Under the pieces are notes generated by a model. It saw only the letters and a program-made list of their open reading frames with translations, did no database searches and was not told the DNA's origin. Of a DNA stretch of 64,000 nt, positions 59,838 through 64,000 are shown one piece after another (positions within the stretch are counted from its first letter, which is position 1; every line of letters starts with the position of its first letter). The position numbers and the translations under genes were made by a program. Source of the stretch: an uncultured archaeon (GTDB taxonomy: Archaea; Iainarchaeota; Iainarchaeia; Iainarchaeales; VGJJ01); the NCBI GenBank assembly GCA_964363635.1, contig CAYIIU010000002.1, forward strand, positions 768 through 64,767, read 5' to 3'.

Positions 59838-59945
59838 GCCCGTGATAGAAACTCATTCTTAATAAAACTGGAGTTTACGAATTATGCAGGTTAAATAGTC
59901 GAATACTAGCGAAGCTATAAAAATATGATAATGTGATAATTAAGT

Positions 59946-60917
59946 ATGTTCACCAAAAAAATTTTGGCAGTTGCAGTCATCACAAGTCTCTTTTCTGTTG
60001 GTCTATTGCTGGTTGCTTTTGCCCCATCTATTGAAGCTCAAAGCACATTAACAGCCCAATTGATAATCGCGCTAATTAACAAGCCAAAAATCTATCAAGT
60101 CATTCAAACAGACCCCTATCAAAAAGACGCTTTCTGCAATAAGACAAGGGATGTTTTGCTGTATGCATACTGTGAAGGGAATGAAATAAGTAACATTGCT
60201 TCGCCCGGAAATACTAATCCACTTCGCAAACCAATAATGTTTGACTTTTTTACTGACGGAGAATTTGCTACTAATCCTTGGTGGTATTCGGAAACCCCTT
60301 CAAGCGATTGGAACGTTTTCAATCAAGAATTAACAATGGCCCAACCCAATTCAAATGCCACCCTACACACTGTTCTAGGCCCAAGCGCTGGCCCACTTCC
60401 TTTTACGGATGAAACATTCTGGTCGTTCAAGGCAAAAATAGTCGGACCAAATGGGGCAACTGCCTACTATCGTTTTGTCAAAAATGGAACATTGAGCATA
60501 CCAAAAGGGTATAGTCTTGTTGCAACGATTGGTGGGAATTGGCAACTCATTTACCAAGATTACGTGAATCCAGGAATAATGGTTAGCAGAAACATGATTG
60601 TTTCAAACACCCAAGTATCTTCGGGACAAACCTACAATATGACAATACGCCGTGATAACACTGGACTGTTTTCATGGACCATAGATGGAAACCCTATTGG
60701 AGCTGCGCAAGATAATAACTTTTCGAGCATGAACCTTTTTGGAGTTCAAACAGGGAGTACGCCAGTCGAATTACATTTAGATGATGTCAATATTTCAATC
60801 ACCGATTTTAGCCACATGCCTTCAGGCTTCTTCAATCTGAACGATTGGAACAATTCAAGCGGAGTTCGATGCCAATATCCTGGTACAGCAAGACTGGTTT
60901 GTATAAGCCAAACATAG
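59946..60917 (+). CDS. Secreted hypothetical protein (beta-rich)
   Basis: The signal peptide is MFTKKILAVAVITSLFSVGLLLVAFAPSIEAQ. The mature part has a beta-strand-like composition. Confidence 0.55.
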   Translation: MFTKKILAVAVITSLFSVGLLLVAFAPSIEAQSTLTAQLIIALINKPKIYQVIQTDPYQKDAFCNKTRDVLLYAYCEGNEISNIASPGNTNPLRKPIMFDFFTDGEFATNPWWYSETPSSDWNVFNQELTMAQPNSNATLHTVLGPSAGPLPFTDETFWSFKAKIVGPNGATAYYRFVKNGTLSIPKGYSLVATIGGNWQLIYQDYVNPGIMVSRNMIVSNTQVSSGQTYNMTIRRDNTGLFSWTIDGNPIGAAQDNNFSSMNLFGVQTGSTPVELHLDDVNISITDFSHMPSGFFNLNDWNNSSGVRCQYPGTARLVCISQT

Positions 60918-60995
60918 CCAGCGATCCACCGCCAACTGTTAGCACGAACCGCATAACAGGTCGGCACTTTTAAAGTTCGCCCGCGTGACATTCTC

Positions 60996-61886
60996 ATGGG
61001 TTCTATTAAACGTCCTCGTTCCCGAGGAAAGATTAAGCCGGGAATGGTGGCGGTTGGAGGCGTTTTATTTCGGCGGGGTGAACCGCGCGAGAATGTGATT
61101 GCCTATTTCTTGAAGCGTTACGGAAGTGAACTTGGGATTACAACTTTCGATCAAATGGAACGCGTCTTGTTTGTGAAAACGAGGGGCAGTCATCCTAATT
61201 TCGCTGAACTATTTGAAAATAAGTCAAGGGATGACGTTACCAAAAGTTATCACGAATGGGTGCGAAAAAGAGAAGAACGAGCCGCAAACATTCGAGCGTC
61301 AATAGCCAAACGATTGTCTGATCCACTTGTGCGTCAAACTGTCAGCGACCGCTCGAAAAGGGTCATGGGAGAATTACACCGCGACCCAACCTTTGTGTCA
61401 AAACAATCGGCCAGCGCCTCAAAAACGTTGAAACTATGGCGAAATGATCCAGAAGGGAGAAAGCAGTATACACAACACATGCGCGCATTGCGTTCTGACC
61501 CCGGTTGGAATCAAAAACTTTCAGAAAACGTTAGTATGGGCATGCATGAACGATGGTTGGCATCGCGAAAGAAAAAGATGAATGAAATAATAGAAGATGG
61601 CGCGCTTCACGTTGAAGAATTTTCTGGAAACCGATGGGGAAAAAGACGAGCTCGAATCTTAGTAGCCGGGCCCCCTACCACATGGCGAACAACCCAAGAA
61701 GTTCAGCGAGTCCAACGAACACTTACCCGATTAACGGATATTGAACGAGAAGCTATCATCCAACTATTCTTCGACAAGCGTCCCATTTCAAAAGTTGCCA
61801 AAAGCCTCAACCAACCAGAAAAGACTATTTACCAAATCGTGGGGCCTGCCTACAAGAAGATAATGAGAGCATTCAGGGGGCAATAG
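60996..61886 (+). CDS. Basic protein with a sigma-70 region-4-like HTH at the C-terminus
   Basis: LTRLTDIEREAIIQLFFDKRPISKVAKSLNQPEKTIYQIVGPAYKKIMRAF follows the L..re..v..l.y....s..eIA..l......v......A..kl pattern. Confidence 0.55.
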   Translation: MGSIKRPRSRGKIKPGMVAVGGVLFRRGEPRENVIAYFLKRYGSELGITTFDQMERVLFVKTRGSHPNFAELFENKSRDDVTKSYHEWVRKREERAANIRASIAKRLSDPLVRQTVSDRSKRVMGELHRDPTFVSKQSASASKTLKLWRNDPEGRKQYTQHMRALRSDPGWNQKLSENVSMGMHERWLASRKKKMNEIIEDGALHVEEFSGNRWGKRRARILVAGPPTTWRTTQEVQRVQRTLTRLTDIEREAIIQLFFDKRPISKVAKSLNQPEKTIYQIVGPAYKKIMRAFRGQ

Positions 61887-61943
61887 GAGATATTCTGAGA
61901 AATTGTTCAAATAAATCTAATCCAATGGTTTAAACATATTTTC

Positions 61944-62465
61944 TTGATAAAGAATCGTATGAAGAAAGAACCAATCACAATTAATGAATTTGGCCAGATT
62001 TTCAAAAACGAAGCGTTGATGGACGCTACTCTCACAGTGATTTTAAGTATTGTATCAATTGTCAGCTTTGCCATACATCCGCTTCTATCCATTATCCCAC
62101 TAATGATTGAAGGAAAACTTGTTTATGGGATGTCAAAAAAATTTGATCAAAGAAACAGAATTGGAAAAATTTTCGAAGATTTATCCCGAAAAGAAGGAAA
62201 CATTACGCGTGCTGCAATTCAAATATATCAAGCAAAAGAAGAAATTGATAAAACCCGTAAAGAAATAGGAGAAATCAAGGAAAAAATATTTGACGCATTC
62301 AATTCTTCAGGATTTAACCCTATTGAGAAACGAATTGGTAAATTAGAAAAAGAAATGGAAAAGTTTGAAGAAAAAATAATTGGAAGGACTCATTACAGCG
62401 GTTTTCATTCGCTTGCTGAAAGAGTAAAAAATATCGAAGAACAATTGAACAACTTTAGAAGATAA
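61944..62465 (+). CDS. Membrane-anchored coiled-coil protein
   Basis: Two N-terminal TM helices, then heptad-like KEEIDKTRKEIGEIKEKIF...KLEKEMEKFEEKI. Confidence 0.5.
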   Translation: MIKNRMKKEPITINEFGQIFKNEALMDATLTVILSIVSIVSFAIHPLLSIIPLMIEGKLVYGMSKKFDQRNRIGKIFEDLSRKEGNITRAAIQIYQAKEEIDKTRKEIGEIKEKIFDAFNSSGFNPIEKRIGKLEKEMEKFEEKIIGRTHYSGFHSLAERVKNIEEQLNNFRR

Positions 62466-62475
62466 AAAAAATTCA

Positions 62476-63087
62476 TTAATGATTGTTAATCATCCATGGC
62501 TTCAGTTTCGATTGTTCCACCTGTTTGATTTGAACATCAATGGTTCGTCGCATCTCGCGTAACGTAAATTCATCCAAAACCGTTTGGTGACTCTTCTTCG
62601 AAATAAGCCGTTTTTGTCCACCATCTACTTCTACGAGATAGAGTTCTTCGCTCAAGCTGGACGAGTGATTAACCAGTTTACTGATGAGCTCTCTCCCACG
62701 TTTCAGGCGTGCGGAAAGCTGTTGAAAATGGTTTCGATAGGCTGCCTCAGGGTTTTCAGCGAAATAGCTTACGGGCGCGAGGTTCGTTTTCTTGATTAAG
62801 CCCACTTTTAGGAGGTCGTTGAGCACGATGTAGGTGCTGGATCGGGCTATCCCCGCCTCTTTTACGATAATGTCAACGGGGAGGGGCTCTATGTGCCATA
62901 ATAGGCGGTATATTCGGGCGTGATTGCGCGAGAACTCAGGGAAAAAATGTCGAAATAAACTCCACAATTCTTCGGTATTTTCGAGTGTACCCAAGGCAGA
63001 CCTCCCATGTCTGCATAACCAACTAGAATCGGAACAATATAAACATAACGTTGAAAAGAAAACAACTGATTGGTTGAAATTTGGCAA
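62476..63087 (-). CDS. TrmB-family transcriptional regulator (start probably downstream of the track ATG)
   Basis: HARIYRLLWHIEPLPVDIIVKEAGIARSSTYIVLNDLLKVGLIKK is the TrmB N-terminal wHTH pattern. Confidence 0.65.
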   Translation of the reverse strand: MPNFNQSVVFFSTLCLYCSDSSWLCRHGRSALGTLENTEELWSLFRHFFPEFSRNHARIYRLLWHIEPLPVDIIVKEAGIARSSTYIVLNDLLKVGLIKKTNLAPVSYFAENPEAAYRNHFQQLSARLKRGRELISKLVNHSSSLSEELYLVEVDGGQKRLISKKSHQTVLDEFTLREMRRTIDVQIKQVEQSKLKPWMINNH

Positions 63088-63140
63088 GTCTAAGTGATTC
63101 TACAAAGTGGGTTTAAAATGCTTATAAACTACTATCTATC

Positions 63141-63989
63141 ATGAATGAATCGCATGAGGAATTACTTTCAATAATTGAGCAGGGAGCTGTCGAGTATTAT
63201 TCAAAATATATTTCGCCAGATACGAAAAATCTGCAAAAGATTTCATTGGACCCTGCCGAATCAAATTATTTCCTGCTAAAGAATTTCTTCTATCGGGGCC
63301 GGTCGGATGAGCTTTCGTATCGCTACGAAAAAATCTGCCTTGAGAAGTTGCGGGAATTTTTTGGGAAAGATTTTTCCAAGTGGATACGTACGCCAAACTG
63401 GGACAATCTCAAAATGGAACTTGAAAAACCAACCCGTTTAACAAAGGAGCAATTCGTTGAAAAATGGGGAAAAAATTATTTTGATATCTTTGGAAAACCC
63501 TTCGCAATAAAAAAAGAAAAAATGGGAATTGATGTAGAATCCGATCGAAAAATGATTTTATCTTTTCTGAAATTTGTCCATAAAAATACTGAAAAATTTG
63601 ATTTTAATGCTATGTTATGGTTACAAAACCAGATTGAGAAAGGAAAAATTATTGAGACCTATGATTTTCTGAAGGAAGAAATTTTCAATGTCGGCGATAA
63701 ATTAGCAGCACTTGGCATACGCGAAACAATGTCATTGTATAATATGGATATTGAAACATATGACGATGAAGTGGCTGAAAAACTATTGCCAATCGATACA
63801 CAAGTAAGAAAAACACTCGGTCCCATGGGGCTCAAGTGGGTCGAAAAAGATGACGATGTTAATCAAATAAGGAGAAAGATTATCCAATTGTGCAAAAACA
63901 AAATGTCTCCTATACGATTCGACCAGGGATTATGGTATCTCGCAAAATTTCATCCCGAAAAAATACCTAAACTGGGAGATAACAAATGA
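63141..63989 (+). CDS. Hypothetical protein
   Basis: 282-aa ORF with coding-like composition and no confident motif. Confidence 0.45.
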   Translation: MNESHEELLSIIEQGAVEYYSKYISPDTKNLQKISLDPAESNYFLLKNFFYRGRSDELSYRYEKICLEKLREFFGKDFSKWIRTPNWDNLKMELEKPTRLTKEQFVEKWGKNYFDIFGKPFAIKKEKMGIDVESDRKMILSFLKFVHKNTEKFDFNAMLWLQNQIEKGKIIETYDFLKEEIFNVGDKLAALGIRETMSLYNMDIETYDDEVAEKLLPIDTQVRKTLGPMGLKWVEKDDDVNQIRRKIIQLCKNKMSPIRFDQGLWYLAKFHPEKIPKLGDNK

Positions 63990-64000
63990 TCTACTCCCAC

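Overview
The window reads as an archaeal chromosome segment. Supporting evidence: archaeal-type AlaRS, LeuRS and ArgRS; an RNase P RNA with P1, CR-I and CR-V elements; TATA-like boxes about 25 nt upstream of apparently leaderless starts; and many class III signal peptide (archaeal type IV pilin-like) proteins. A small-genome uncultivated (DPANN-like) host is my inference only. Layout: (i) 0-3.9 kb is an accessory patch with an IS200-type element, hicAB, two tandem Fic genes separated by an operator-like repeat array, and a decayed IS200 relic. (ii) 3.9-14.0 kb is a single minus-strand cluster of six pilin-like genes, two of them about 750 aa, plus a small membrane protein and a secreted beta-propeller protein. 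(iii) 14.2-19.3 kb holds a dinD-like gene destroyed by a 152-nt MITE and a homopolymer frameshift, then tRNA-Ser followed by AT-rich islets. Each islet is bounded by a copy of the tRNA-Ser 3' end, and they carry an ECF-sigma-like gene and TA-like pairs. (iv) 19.3-42.85 kb is housekeeping: HIT, tRNA-Arg, EamA, argS, leuS, pyrB, a CaCA exchanger, an RNA methyltransferase, HAD, vapBC, alaS, tRNA-Leu, rnpB, uppS and DUF192. It is peppered with short repeat families, including a MITE with TCATT-flanked ends, T/A palindromes, and partial duplications of tRNA ends. (v) From about 42.85 kb to the window end lies a visibly more A/T-rich island that starts where a secretion-ATPase gene is cut off. It carries a copper and thiol-redox module, several wHTH regulators, a minimal VirB2/VirB6/VirB3(PrgI)/VirB4-like type IV secretion cluster whose ATPase has a nuclease-like C-terminal domain, an AbiEi/AbiEii pair and a sigma-region-4-like protein. 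No integrase, relaxase, CRISPR array or rRNA was seen. All coordinates, motifs and repeats were read by eye and no searches were run. Family assignments rest on recognisable motifs and should be confirmed with profile searches.
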